Below, one piece after another: positions 26,433 to 35,348 of a stretch of DNA of 49,037 bases; position 1 is the first letter of the stretch, and each line of letters opens with the position of its first letter. Origin of the DNA: a virus; IMG/VR virus record IMGVR_UViG_3300045988_028139; one strand, written 5' to 3'. The position numbers and the translations under genes were made by a program. The notes under the pieces are model-generated. The model had not been told where the DNA came from. It searched no databases and saw only the letters and a program-made list of their open reading frames with translations.

Positions 26433-27770
26433 TTATTCCGTGAACATTCTCTCGAAGTGCTCGCGGCCCAGCTCTTTGCCTTTCCTGAACAGTCGGATCC
26501 CGGACGTCTTGCCGGTTGTCCTTATGTAGCGTTTTACGATTGTGTCAACAAACTGAGGACTCAGCTCCATGATGTACGACTTCTGGCCGATACTTTCCGC
26601 AGCGATCAGAGTCGTGCCGGATCCTCCGAAGGCGTCCATAACTCCCTCGGCCCACTGTGTATTGTCCAACAGCTTCTCCAGTATCTCCACCGGCTTTTGT
26701 GTCGGGTGGAGTTCATTCCCGGAGCGGGTGGCTTCGATCACGTTCCCGTAGCCTTTGTGGTTGTCCCACGCTGGCTTTGTACGGTGTGCGAACATTATCA
26801 GCTCGTGCTGAGTTCTCCAGCCCATACCCATGCCCGGCGTTTTCTTATTCCAGACGATCATATTCTTGACGCCGAACCCGCTTTCCTCCATTACGTCGTA
26901 GAGGTAGAGCCACATTCTCCAGTCGGTGAAGCAATAAACCACGGTACCGGTGAACTGTTTCAGGATCGAGCGCATGAGCTGCTGGTACCCGCGAGTGCTG
27001 AGGGTATCGTTCGCGATCGTCACTTTGATTTCCTTCCCGTTTGCGTCGTAGCGTTTGGTTCCGATACTTCCGGTGCTGCGTCCGGATTCCTGAAAACCTC
27101 CGGAGCAGTACGGCGGATCCATGAGAAGGATCTGAGGATCGGATCCGTCGAGCAGGAGAGCGCGATCGGCTTCGTTTGTGCTGTCTCCGCACACGAGGCG
27201 GTGGTTTCCGAGGATCCAGAGATCGCCGCGTTGCGTGATTGTCTGATCTTCCTCCGGAAGCTCTGGGATCTCGTCCGGCTCTGTGAGGTCATTGTGCAGG
27301 GCTTCGGCCAGTCCAGTGACGAGGCTTTCCACTTCCTTGTCGGTGTAGCCGGTCAGCTCCATGGGGATCTCGCCGGTGTCAATGTCGGCGAAAATGTCAG
27401 CCAGCAGCTTGTTGTCGATCTCTGCCAGCTCTGCGATCCGGTTGTCGGCCACCAGATCGGCGTATTCCTCGGCCTCGTTCGTGTAGTTCTGGTAGTCCAC
27501 CGGCACTTCGGTGAGTCCTTCGAGCTTGGCAGCAGCGAGGCGGCCGTGGCCCTTTACTATGAAGCCGGAGCGCTTCGACACTGTGATCGGCGCCCTCCAC
27601 CCGGTCTGGCGGATAATGCGGCCGAGTGCTTGGATCTGTGCGTCCGGGTGTGTGTTCGGGTTCTTCGGGTTGGGGATCAGCTTCTCTATGGCCACGATCG
27701 CGTCATGGGCGCAGAATACCGGTACCCCTCCAGCGGTTGCCTTTGGCTGTGCTTCTGTTTTATAGTCCAT
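26433..27770 (-). CDS. ParB-like nuclease domain fused to an N6/N4 DNA methyltransferase (DPPY type)
   Basis: IEKLIPNPKNPNTHP...VKGHGRLAAAKLEG, then LLMDPPYCSGG and MDAFGGSGTTLIAA. Confidence 0.85.
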   Translation of the reverse strand: MDYKTEAQPKATAGGVPVFCAHDAIVAIEKLIPNPKNPNTHPDAQIQALGRIIRQTGWRAPITVSKRSGFIVKGHGRLAAAKLEGLTEVPVDYQNYTNEAEEYADLVADNRIAELAEIDNKLLADIFADIDTGEIPMELTGYTDKEVESLVTGLAEALHNDLTEPDEIPELPEEDQTITQRGDLWILGNHRLVCGDSTNEADRALLLDGSDPQILLMDPPYCSGGFQESGRSTGSIGTKRYDANGKEIKVTIANDTLSTRGYQQLMRSILKQFTGTVVYCFTDWRMWLYLYDVMEESGFGVKNMIVWNKKTPGMGMGWRTQHELIMFAHRTKPAWDNHKGYGNVIEATRSGNELHPTQKPVEILEKLLDNTQWAEGVMDAFGGSGTTLIAAESIGQKSYIMELSPQFVDTIVKRYIRTTGKTSGIRLFRKGKELGREHFERMFTE

Positions 27771-27954
27771 GTTTTCGTTCCTCCTTTATTTTGATAGGCC
27801 GGTGGCAATACGGGCACGTCCCGGCTTTGATATTTTTCTTTGTGACCGCGCTCGCGATCTCGTAGTACATGTGGCAGCTCGTTGAGTACCACTCTTTAAA
27901 GCCGAGCCCCGGCACCCATGAGCAGGCGCCGGTCTTTTTGCTTGGCCAGCTCAC
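27760..27954 (-). CDS. Small zinc-ribbon protein (GTG start coupled to the upstream stop)
   Basis: GTGA start/stop overlap with 27951..28535. Contains CSWVPG...SCHMYY...CPYCH. The 3' end overlaps the methyltransferase start. Confidence 0.5.
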   Translation of the reverse strand: MSWPSKKTGACSWVPGLGFKEWYSTSCHMYYEIASAVTKKNIKAGTCPYCHRPIKIKEERKHGL

Positions 27955-28535
27955 TTTTTGCCCTCTGTCCGGCGGTCGTCCGGTGCGCACTTGCCGGTTG
28001 GTAGCTGTACGGTATCAATAGTTTGTGCTGCTTTCAGGATTCTGCGGCGGTATTGCTTCCAGCTTTCGTCCTGTTTCTTTACGACGCCATAGATCGGGCC
28101 CACATTGGAGAGGGTGAGCTGTTCCATGGTTTCGTATTTCGGCAGACTGCGCGGGGAAAACCCCAGCTTTTCTCGGATCCTTTTCTCGTAGTCGGTGTTG
28201 TTTTCGCCTTTATTTCTTCTGATACCATAAATGGGGCCGACGCCGTTTAGCGTGAGCCCTTTCATGGATTCGTCCAGAGTGCGGGAGATCTTTCTCCTGC
28301 GATTGTATTCCCTGATCTTTTTCCCAGTTCGCCCGATCCAGATCAGGAGAGCAGCCACCCAGAGAGTGATCAGTAGCAGTGCGGTGGGTACCCACACGAG
28401 CCCGGCGATCACCACCGGCCAGCTCATTGATATAACGTCGCAGGCTTTCAGGATTGCCAGCATGGCCACACCTGCGAGTGTTGCCAGTGTGTAGAGTAAC
28501 GGCCAGCCCATAGGCTTGTTCTTGTTATCGTCCAT
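27951..28535 (-). CDS. Membrane protein with an internal duplication
   Basis: Three predicted TM segments at the N-terminus, then GLTLNGVGPIYGIRRNKGENNTDYEKRIREKL and QLTLSNVGPIYGVVKKQDESWKQYRRRILKA. Confidence 0.6.
   Translation of the reverse strand: MDDNKNKPMGWPLLYTLATLAGVAMLAILKACDVISMSWPVVIAGLVWVPTALLLITLWVAALLIWIGRTGKKIREYNRRRKISRTLDESMKGLTLNGVGPIYGIRRNKGENNTDYEKRIREKLGFSPRSLPKYETMEQLTLSNVGPIYGVVKKQDESWKQYRRRILKAAQTIDTVQLPTGKCAPDDRRTEGKK
27965..27981. repeat. Copy C of the dispersed 17-mer CTGTCCGGCGGTCGTCC
   Basis: Identical to the first 17 nt of 35822 and 36267. Confidence 0.85.
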
Positions 28536-28887
28536 TTCGTCCTCCTTTTCTTTTGGCTGCTCGTCTGGCTGCGCGGTTCGGTCGCACCGGTTCTCGTCTG
28601 ATAGGCCAGATGGAGAGCGGGGCTGGCTTTTCCTGCTTGCTCCGCAGCATATCTCCGCCGATCTTGTGGAGTGCTTCCGAGTAGCTCAGCGCGGTGCTTT
28701 CCGCGAGTCTGCGAGCTTGTTTTTCTATGTCGTCGAGGTCACACTCCAGATAGAAGGCCAGCACTTCGGCGTATTGCCTGCACCTGAGCGCCTCCAGCAC
28801 GTCCCTTGTTATTTTTCCGTCGGGGAAGTAGTGCCTCGCGTCTATTTTGAGATAGTAGAGCCCCTCTGTGTTATTTTCTTCTTTCAC
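28525..28887 (-). CDS. Hypothetical protein (GTG start)
   Basis: 120-aa ORF in the operon with a basic C-terminus. Confidence 0.5.
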   Translation of the reverse strand: MKEENNTEGLYYLKIDARHYFPDGKITRDVLEALRCRQYAEVLAFYLECDLDDIEKQARRLAESTALSYSEALHKIGGDMLRSKQEKPAPLSIWPIRREPVRPNRAARRAAKRKGGRNGR

Positions 28888-29512
28888 GCTTTGCCCTCCT
28901 TCGCTGCGCGCGGTTTGGGCCTTCCTTTCGGAACGGTGACAGAAGCCCGGCTTTGATCGCGCACTCAGTACAGAGCATTTTCGCGCCCTGTTCTTTGGCG
29001 AGGCGGTCAGCTTCCGGGTGTTTCCAGCATTTCCGGCCGCATGTCGGGCACTCGACTGGCTCCCAGTCCGGGTGCTTGGCCTGCACGTCGCCGTTCAGGT
29101 TCTTGTCCAGTGGTAGGCAGATGATCCCGCCCCGGTCAGTCTGCTTTCTCGGTGTCAGATCGAAGCCGTGAGCCCGGAGCTGTTCGCGGGTGTTGTTGGT
29201 GCTTTCTTCCTGCTTTACCTCCAGCACTTCCACCTTGTCCAATGGCAGGCAGAACGAGCCCTGCGGCTCCCATTTCTTCGCCTTCCAGTTCTCTGCGAAC
29301 TTCTCCAGCGTATCGAACGGGCAGAGGCCCGACTCGGTTTCGGTCTGGAATACGGTCTGCATGACTGCCTCGTCCTCTGAGTCCTCCCAGCCGTAGAGGT
29401 GCCAGCTCTCGCGGTTGTCGTAGTCCCACTGTGAGAACCAGAGCACATGGCCGTCGATCGGCCAGCCGGTGCCGGTTACTTTTCCGGTGATAACTTTCGG
29501 TTTATATTCCAT
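28871..29512 (-). CDS. Hypothetical protein with a C-terminal CxxC...CxxC zinc-ribbon
   Basis: 213 aa. Duplicated CLPLDK motif; CPTCGRKCW...CTECA; RBS GGGAGGA. Confidence 0.55.
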   Translation of the reverse strand: MEYKPKVITGKVTGTGWPIDGHVLWFSQWDYDNRESWHLYGWEDSEDEAVMQTVFQTETESGLCPFDTLEKFAENWKAKKWEPQGSFCLPLDKVEVLEVKQEESTNNTREQLRAHGFDLTPRKQTDRGGIICLPLDKNLNGDVQAKHPDWEPVECPTCGRKCWKHPEADRLAKEQGAKMLCTECAIKAGLLSPFRKEGPNRAQRRRAKRERRK

Positions 29513-29526
29513 GGTTTTGTCCTCCC

Positions 29527-29676
29527 TTAGAAAAATCTATTTAATGCGATAACGAGCACGATCACGGCCACGAAGGCGATCGTGATGTTCTGCTGTCTGA
29601 GCCCGTCCTTTTCTCCATTAACTCCAAAAAGCAGGAGAGCAGCCACGAGGGCCAGCACTATGTTTATGATCAGCAT
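29527..29676 (-). CDS. Small membrane protein (49 aa)
   Basis: The internal ATG at 29676 has RBS AAGGAGGA; MLIINIVLALVAALLLFG...FVAVIVLVIAL. Confidence 0.45.
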   Translation of the reverse strand: MLIINIVLALVAALLLFGVNGEKDGLRQQNITIAFVAVIVLVIALNRFF

Positions 29677-29749
29677 GTTCTTGTCCTCCTTTGGTTTGCC
29701 GGGAGAGCTTGGCCCTCCCGGTATGTTCCCGACATTTATGTCGGCCACA

Positions 29750-30493
29750 TTATGCAATGATCGTGATCTTTTCACGTTCCGGAACGTCTGCCAGTGCTTT
29801 GACGAGGTAGTTCTTCACATTGTCCACCGCCTGAGACTTCCAGAGGCCACCGTCAGCAGCCACCAGCTTGAAGGCAGGGGCTCCGCCGCGTCCCTCGCTG
29901 ATTCTGAACACGAAGTCGCTCGCAGGCTGCGGAACTTCCAAAAATGTGCGGTACGGGATCAGGCTCACCGGGTTAGGGACGAAGGCGGCGTCCTTTGTGG
30001 TTACTCCGGTTTTGATGATTGCCTGCTGGCTTACGCCGTCGTCTGAGAAGGTTCCCTGCTGTGTGTTCACGATATTGCTCGCCATAATGGTGACGGCTTC
30101 GCGGTCGTCTGTTTTCTGGAAACATGACTGCATGGCCACGAGGAAGCTCTCCTGATCATATTCGCGGCCGTATTCAAACTGCGGCAGCAGGGCGTTGACC
30201 TCGAACAGAGTCTCACGGTCACGCTCGGCCAGCAGCCCGGAGTAGAGCAGCACCTTTGTGGCGCTTACCACCTGAATGATCATTCTGTCGCGGAGTTCCT
30301 CGCGGCTTTCCTTGATATAGTCCACCAGAGAGGTGAGAGTGGTCGCTTTGATCGGCTCGGCCTTGTCGGCTGCGTCGTAGCGTCTGAGATCCTTCGTGCA
30401 GTATGTCCGGCCGTTGATCTCGATTGTCTCCGGTTTCTCGGCCTTTACGGCCAGCCCTGTGATATATGCGATTGCTTCTTTAATTCCTTCCAT
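29750..30493 (-). CDS. Hypothetical conserved-looking phage protein
   Basis: 247-aa ORF with RBS AAGGAGG. Confidence 0.6.
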   Translation of the reverse strand: MEGIKEAIAYITGLAVKAEKPETIEINGRTYCTKDLRRYDAADKAEPIKATTLTSLVDYIKESREELRDRMIIQVVSATKVLLYSGLLAERDRETLFEVNALLPQFEYGREYDQESFLVAMQSCFQKTDDREAVTIMASNIVNTQQGTFSDDGVSQQAIIKTGVTTKDAAFVPNPVSLIPYRTFLEVPQPASDFVFRISEGRGGAPAFKLVAADGGLWKSQAVDNVKNYLVKALADVPEREKITIIA

Positions 30494-30506
30494 TTTCTTG
30501 ACCTCC

Positions 30507-31109
30507 TTATGCTTCTTTTGCTGGTGCGATTTTTACCACCTTCATGTTATTGCGTCCGCCGGTTGTCTGGTGGTCGTCCGTAGGCTGTCCGGCGGTTTCG
30601 TACACCTCGCCGGTGTCCGGATCGTAGTCACGGCCCGGAACTAATTCGGTAGCGGCAGCAGGTGCCTGTTTTCCCCTGTTTTTAAGATCCAGAGGCTTGC
30701 CGGTCGGATTCTGTCCCGGTGTAGGAGCTGCAGCTTGTGTTTCCTCTGGTTCCTGATCCTGATCGGCGTCCGTGAAGTCGGAGAGATCCATCTGTCCACG
30801 GATCTGCCCGTCGTATTCGGCGATCTCGATCTGGCCGGTTCTCATATTGACACCCATCACCATTTGCGTGTCGATTGCTTCGGTAGCTGCGAGCTTTGTC
30901 GTGACAGCGATCTGGGTTCCTACCATTTGGCGGGTTTTGTTCGGCGTAAATTTAATATTTACCGTGATCTGGCGTTTGGTGGTTGCTTCTGTATTCGGAT
31001 TCTGAATATTTTCGGCCACCTGCATGAGTGCCTCGTTGAGTTTCTCGGCGAAGGCTCCGCCTGCGAGAGCTTCGAGGTTGATCTTTGCCTGTACTTTCTG
31101 CTTTTTCAT
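30507..31109 (-). CDS. Hypothetical protein
   Basis: 200-aa ORF with RBS AAGGAGG and an acidic/Pro-rich C-terminal half. Confidence 0.6.
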   Translation of the reverse strand: MKKQKVQAKINLEALAGGAFAEKLNEALMQVAENIQNPNTEATTKRQITVNIKFTPNKTRQMVGTQIAVTTKLAATEAIDTQMVMGVNMRTGQIEIAEYDGQIRGQMDLSDFTDADQDQEPEETQAAAPTPGQNPTGKPLDLKNRGKQAPAAATELVPGRDYDPDTGEVYETAGQPTDDHQTTGGRNNMKVVKIAPAKEA

Positions 31110-31113
31110 GTGC

Positions 31114-31401
31114 TTACCTCCTTACCGCAGCCCATACGGCTGTATTTTTTCCGGTTCTTTTACTCGGTTTCTTTCCGACGACTTCCAGAACTCCGGCGCC
31201 TTTTAGCTCTGTGAGTCTCGGCGCCACGAAGTTGCGGTCGTAGTATTTCAGGTGGCCAGCAGCCACCAGTTCGTCGGTGATTTCTTCCACGGTCATTGAC
31301 CGGTTTCCGAGGGTTTCCAGTATTAGCTTGCAGCGCTCGCCGCTGCGTGTTCGTATGCCGTCGTAACTTTGGCGGCGTGTCTGTTTAGTAATCCCGTTCA
31401 T
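31114..31401 (-). CDS. Winged-helix DNA-binding protein (MarR-like)
   Basis: 95 aa. ILETLGNRSMTVEEITDEL...VAPRLTELKGAGVLEVV. Confidence 0.55.
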   Translation of the reverse strand: MNGITKQTRRQSYDGIRTRSGERCKLILETLGNRSMTVEEITDELVAAGHLKYYDRNFVAPRLTELKGAGVLEVVGKKPSKRTGKNTAVWAAVRR

Positions 31402-31455
31402 GGTTTCCTCCTTATCTGAACCGGCGGAGCAGTGGCCCCGCTGGCTCTGGTGCTT

Positions 31456-31932
31456 TTATATGTGCCATGTGGCAAACTCGCGCCCGGTGCTTTCCGGACT
31501 CCGCCACACTATGACGGCAGAAGGAAACGGAGCTGCGTCCTCGCCGTTTCCGTCCTCGTCGGTGAATTTCAGGCGGCCGCGGAGGAATCTCACCTCGCTG
31601 GCCTTGCCGAAGATCCAGTCGTGAAAATATGCCGTGTCAGTCCGCGAAGGAATGAGCATAACCACGGTGGTGCCGGGCTTCCGGCTTTCTTCGTAGCCTT
31701 TGCGTACCCAGTCGGCGATTGCTCGGCCGTATGGCGGATTGCAAAACACGCAATACCCCCCCCAGTCTTGCTTTAGGCCGTCGTCGTCCGGCGTGAAGTG
31801 TTTCGCGCACTTGGCGCTTTTGTCGGTGCTGGCCGGATCCAGTTCAAAATGAAATTCGCGATCCAGTTCCGCGAAAAAATCCGGCGGAGTGCACCAGCAC
31901 ATGTTTTTACTGCTCAGCAGTGCGTCGTTCAT
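31456..31932 (-). CDS. dam: Phage-type DNA N6-adenine methyltransferase (Dam-like, NPPY)
   Basis: WCTPPDFFAELDREFHFELDPAS...VFCNPPYGR...MLIPSRTDT...LRGRLKF. Confidence 0.8.
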   Translation of the reverse strand: MNDALLSSKNMCWCTPPDFFAELDREFHFELDPASTDKSAKCAKHFTPDDDGLKQDWGGYCVFCNPPYGRAIADWVRKGYEESRKPGTTVVMLIPSRTDTAYFHDWIFGKASEVRFLRGRLKFTDEDGNGEDAAPFPSAVIVWRSPESTGREFATWHI

Positions 31933-32134
31933 TGGCTTGATCTCCTTTCTGTGATTTGTAGAGCCCGCAGCCGTTCCCGTTGTTCATACACGGATCCGGG
32001 GAGGCCGTGTGGTGCATACAAATTTTTAACGGTTCGCCCGTCTGTTTGTTTATGAGCTTTCCGCTCAGCATGGCGCAGACTTTTGAAATTACAAAAGGCC
32101 CGACTCTGCGGAGCTCGCAGTATTCGCATTTCAT
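31907..32134 (-). CDS. Small Cys-rich protein
   Basis: ATG at 32134 with RBS GAAGGAGG; MKCEYCEL...CMHH...CMNNGNGC. Confidence 0.45.
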   Translation of the reverse strand: MKCEYCELRRVGPFVISKVCAMLSGKLINKQTGEPLKICMHHTASPDPCMNNGNGCGLYKSQKGDQANERRTAEQ

Positions 32135-32739
32135 GGCGTGCCTCCTTCCTCGGTGTAGTCGATCTCCACACCTTCCAGCAATTTGAGGATCCCGGCGATA
32201 TATTGCACGCGGTATGGTTCCAGATCTTCGAGTTTCATGTGCTTGCGTCCGTAGATCTGTTTCATGTCTCGCCATACTTCCCACGGTACCCGGTAGAAGT
32301 TTTCCAGCCCCACGCTCACCATGATGAAGGCAGCAGCTCCGAGCTTGTGGTGGAGCGTCAGGCTTTCCACCTGCTCAGGGGTGAGGCGGCTCTGGTCGAT
32401 CTTGTCGCTGTCGGTGTGCTTTGCCTCAAATACCACGGCCCGGCCGCCCGTGAGTGTTCCCTTGAAGTCAGGCTGCCCGGCTTTGGTGTAGCAAGCAAGG
32501 AACCGGCCCTGTCGGTCTGGCTTCCTGAGTGGTTTCATGGGCTCCGGAGTTTTTTCAACGAAGGCCACGCCCTTGTCACAGTACCAGTTCAGGCTTGCGG
32601 TGATCATATTCTCGAAGTGTTCACCGGCTCGCTTGCTCTGGAGTCCTTTCTGGCTATGCTGCACCCGTGCAAGGGCGGTGCTGGCTGTCGGATCCGGGTA
32701 GCCTTCGCCATTTCTTCCCGGAACCGTGTCCCAACTCAT
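32131..32739 (-). CDS. recU: Holliday junction resolvase, RecU-like
   Basis: GEHFENMI...WYCDKGVAFVEKTPEP...DFKGTL.GGRAVVFEAKHT...LTPEQVESL...GAAAFIMV...YGRKHMKLEDL parallels RecU. Confidence 0.72.
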   Translation of the reverse strand: MSWDTVPGRNGEGYPDPTASTALARVQHSQKGLQSKRAGEHFENMITASLNWYCDKGVAFVEKTPEPMKPLRKPDRQGRFLACYTKAGQPDFKGTLTGGRAVVFEAKHTDSDKIDQSRLTPEQVESLTLHHKLGAAAFIMVSVGLENFYRVPWEVWRDMKQIYGRKHMKLEDLEPYRVQYIAGILKLLEGVEIDYTEEGGTP

Positions 32740-33275
32740 TGATCTACCTCCGGGCCTACGTCTTTGTCGGCTTCCAGTGTGATGTCGTGGCCGGGGTGTC
32801 GTCTGAGCTCGATCGCAAGGTCTAAGATCATTTCGCCATTGATCCGCACGGTGGTGGATTCGATCGCGGCGACTCCGTTCAGGTGCCCGACGTGAGAAGG
32901 GAGAACGATCAGTGCGTCACCGATCGGAAGTGTTTCGGCTTCGCGGTTTCTGTAAAGCTCGGCAGCGTCCCGGATCGGGATCTGGTGCTGCTTTGCGTAT
33001 TCGATCTCGCTTCTCATGCCCTCGCTCGGATTCTCGATACCGTAAACCCAGAGCTCGTCACACATGGCCAGAAGTGAGAGGCCCATGTCTATGCCCGCGG
33101 CGCGTTCCTCCTGCTTGGTGTCGTCAAGAAACTGGGTAAAATATACATGAGGCGCGATCGGGATCACGTCGTCCCAGAGTTCGACGGCTTCGCGACAGTA
33201 GCGCTGGGCTTTTTCTATGTTCTTTTCAATGTCCCCGCGGCACGGGGAGCAGATGTAAACCAGTTTTTTTCTCAT
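32736..33275 (-). CDS. Nucleoside 2-deoxyribosyltransferase-like (DUF4406-type) protein with an extra C-terminal domain
   Basis: KLVYICSPCRGD...NIEKAQRY...CDELWVYG...SEGMRSEIEYAKQHQIPI. Confidence 0.45.
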   Translation of the reverse strand: MRKKLVYICSPCRGDIEKNIEKAQRYCREAVELWDDVIPIAPHVYFTQFLDDTKQEERAAGIDMGLSLLAMCDELWVYGIENPSEGMRSEIEYAKQHQIPIRDAAELYRNREAETLPIGDALIVLPSHVGHLNGVAAIESTTVRINGEMILDLAIELRRHPGHDITLEADKDVGPEVDQ

Positions 33276-33781
33276 GCGCTTGCTCCTTTCATGGTTTTGC
33301 TCAGCAGCTCATTGTATAAATTCCGGTAGAGATCGCGCTCAGTTTCGAGCTTGATCTTTTCAACGTCTGGATCCTGCTGGACGATCTGGAGTGGCTGCTT
33401 GCTTATTTCTTCCAGTAAATGCTCCGCTTCTTTGGCTGCGGGCTTCGGATCCATGAAGTCGATCCCCAGAGAGATTGCCAGAGCAGAGTCCACGGCTGCG
33501 AGCTCGCTCTTTGTCAATTTTCCGATCAGCGTCCCGATCCTTTTCACGCTTACGCTGTTTACCTGTTCGCATAAGACGGTAGAAGGGGAGAGTGCGCTCC
33601 GGATAAATACATGAGTTGGGAGGTCGTTTTTTGGTTTGGTGGTCATGTATACCACTTCCACAACCTCGCTGTTTTCGTTGTTCTTGTCATTGGAGACGAT
33701 CACCGCAGGACGGCCGCCTCTCTGCTCGCTTCCGGTTTCCCGGTATGTGCTTTCGATATAATAAATTTCACCGCGTTTCAT
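33272..33781 (-). CDS. mazF: PemK/MazF-family toxin-like protein with a C-terminal extension of about 55 aa
   Basis: MKRGEIYYI...TGSEQRGGRPAVIVSNDKNNENSEVVEVVYMTTKPKNDLPTHV...VLCEQVNSVSVKRI, then a helical tail. Confidence 0.7.
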   Translation of the reverse strand: MKRGEIYYIESTYRETGSEQRGGRPAVIVSNDKNNENSEVVEVVYMTTKPKNDLPTHVFIRSALSPSTVLCEQVNSVSVKRIGTLIGKLTKSELAAVDSALAISLGIDFMDPKPAAKEAEHLLEEISKQPLQIVQQDPDVEKIKLETERDLYRNLYNELLSKTMKGASA

Positions 33782-34668
33782 GGTTTGGCTCCTTCCTGAG
33801 CAGCCTCAGCGAGTCGCTGCTCTTGTATTTTGCAGGTGTCGGGGTTAATCTCTATCCCGATATAGTTCCGCCCTTCTTTGAGGGCTGCGGCTCCTGTGGT
33901 TCCACTTCCTGAGAATGGATCCAGAACCGTGTCGCCCGGTTTGCTCCCGGCCAGTATGCAGATCTTGGCCAGTTCCTCCGGGAACGTGGAGAGGTGGGCG
34001 CCTTTATATGGCCGTGTGGCGATCGTCCAGACGTCCCGGCGGTTTCGTTTGCCGGTTTCATTTCTCTGGAGCCCGTGGCTGCCTCGATCCACCTCGGCGC
34101 TGTTGGCTTTGGCCTGATCGTGAGTGTAGGCAGTGCCGCCGCGGAAGGTTTTCGCGTTGCCGCGCTTCCGGCCGGGCTTTTTCGGATCGTACCCGACGGC
34201 CAGCTCCTTGACGGCCTCGGCGTCGTAGTAATAGGCGGCCGCTTTGCTGAGTAAAAAAACATACTCGTGAGATCTTACCGGTCTGTCTTTGGCGCTTTCT
34301 GGCATGGCGTTGGGCTTGTTCCAGATAATGTCCGCCCGGAGGTACCAGCCGTCACTTCTGAGAGCCAGAGCCAGCAGCCACGGGATCCCGATCAGATCCT
34401 TGCGCTTGATCCCTCCGTCCTCGATATGCCTCGCGTAGCTGTCGCCGATATTCAGCCAGAGGGTGCCGTCGTCTTTCAGGACTCTGGCGACTTCCCGGAA
34501 GTCTTCCACCAGCTTGCGGGTGTATTCCTCCGGAGAGCTTTCGGTTCCGAGCTGATCGGCGGCTCCGTAGTCTCTGGCGTTGTAGTAGGGTGGTGAAGTT
34601 ACGCAGACGCTGCAGCATTTGTCCGGCAGCTTTCTGAGTTCCTCCAGTGCGTCACCTTGTAGGATCAT
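33778..34668 (-). CDS. DNA methyltransferase, beta class (SPPY motif; N4-C or N6-A)
   Basis: VCVTSPPYYNARDYG ... VLDPFSGSGTTGAAALKEGRNYIGIE. Confidence 0.85.
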   Translation of the reverse strand: MILQGDALEELRKLPDKCCSVCVTSPPYYNARDYGAADQLGTESSPEEYTRKLVEDFREVARVLKDDGTLWLNIGDSYARHIEDGGIKRKDLIGIPWLLALALRSDGWYLRADIIWNKPNAMPESAKDRPVRSHEYVFLLSKAAAYYYDAEAVKELAVGYDPKKPGRKRGNAKTFRGGTAYTHDQAKANSAEVDRGSHGLQRNETGKRNRRDVWTIATRPYKGAHLSTFPEELAKICILAGSKPGDTVLDPFSGSGTTGAAALKEGRNYIGIEINPDTCKIQEQRLAEAAQEGAKP

Positions 34669-35348
34669 CCCAGCACCTCCCCTCTGAGTTCGAGCTTCGT
34701 TTGTTCGACGATCTGGCTCTCCAGTCGGAGGGCACCGCGGGTGATAGCCTCCATTTCCTGCTCTTTCCTGCGGCGTTCGCTTTCCCTGTACTCTATCAGG
34801 CGTTGGCCTTTGTCCGGAAGGGATCCGGCCGCGTTGTCGATCTTCTCGGTTAATTGTGCCGGTGTCATGCTGCGAGACTTTTCCCGTTCGTACATTGGCG
34901 TGTACTGTTGCATGAAGGCTACCCGATCCATGCCGGGCTTGCCGCCTATGTATGCACTGCGGTGCATTTCCCAGAGGGAAGTCCAGCCGATTGACTCAAC
35001 GGCCCGCGCCACCAGAGGCGGAAGCTGGCGGGAGAGATCTCCGTGGTTGAATTGTCCGGCGCTGTACATGAGGTCGCTCACGGCCAGCCATGCCTTGTCC
35101 GGCTCTATGAGTTCCGGGTGCTGGATCTCCAGCATGATCTCCCGGACTTCGGCCACACTCGGCGGCCATTTGTTTGTTGCAATGTGTTTTTTTACTGCCA
35201 GCGCTACGATCCCGGATTCGTCTTGCTCAAACATCATGGCCCAGAGATTCACCGTGGCCTCGATTGCTTTCGCGTCCTTGAACTTGTCAAAATTCGGGTA
35301 GGCGGTGACGACGATCGCCACCAGTCGAGCCGCGTCTGCTTTTGTCAT
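34665..35348 (-). CDS. Helicase-loader-like protein (G39P-type N-terminal domain)
   Basis: LVAIVVTAYPNFDKFKDAKAIEATVNLWAMMFEQDE...WPPSVAEV; it follows the replisome organizer. Confidence 0.45.
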   Translation of the reverse strand: MTKADAARLVAIVVTAYPNFDKFKDAKAIEATVNLWAMMFEQDESGIVALAVKKHIATNKWPPSVAEVREIMLEIQHPELIEPDKAWLAVSDLMYSAGQFNHGDLSRQLPPLVARAVESIGWTSLWEMHRSAYIGGKPGMDRVAFMQQYTPMYEREKSRSMTPAQLTEKIDNAAGSLPDKGQRLIEYRESERRRKEQEMEAITRGALRLESQIVEQTKLELRGEVLG

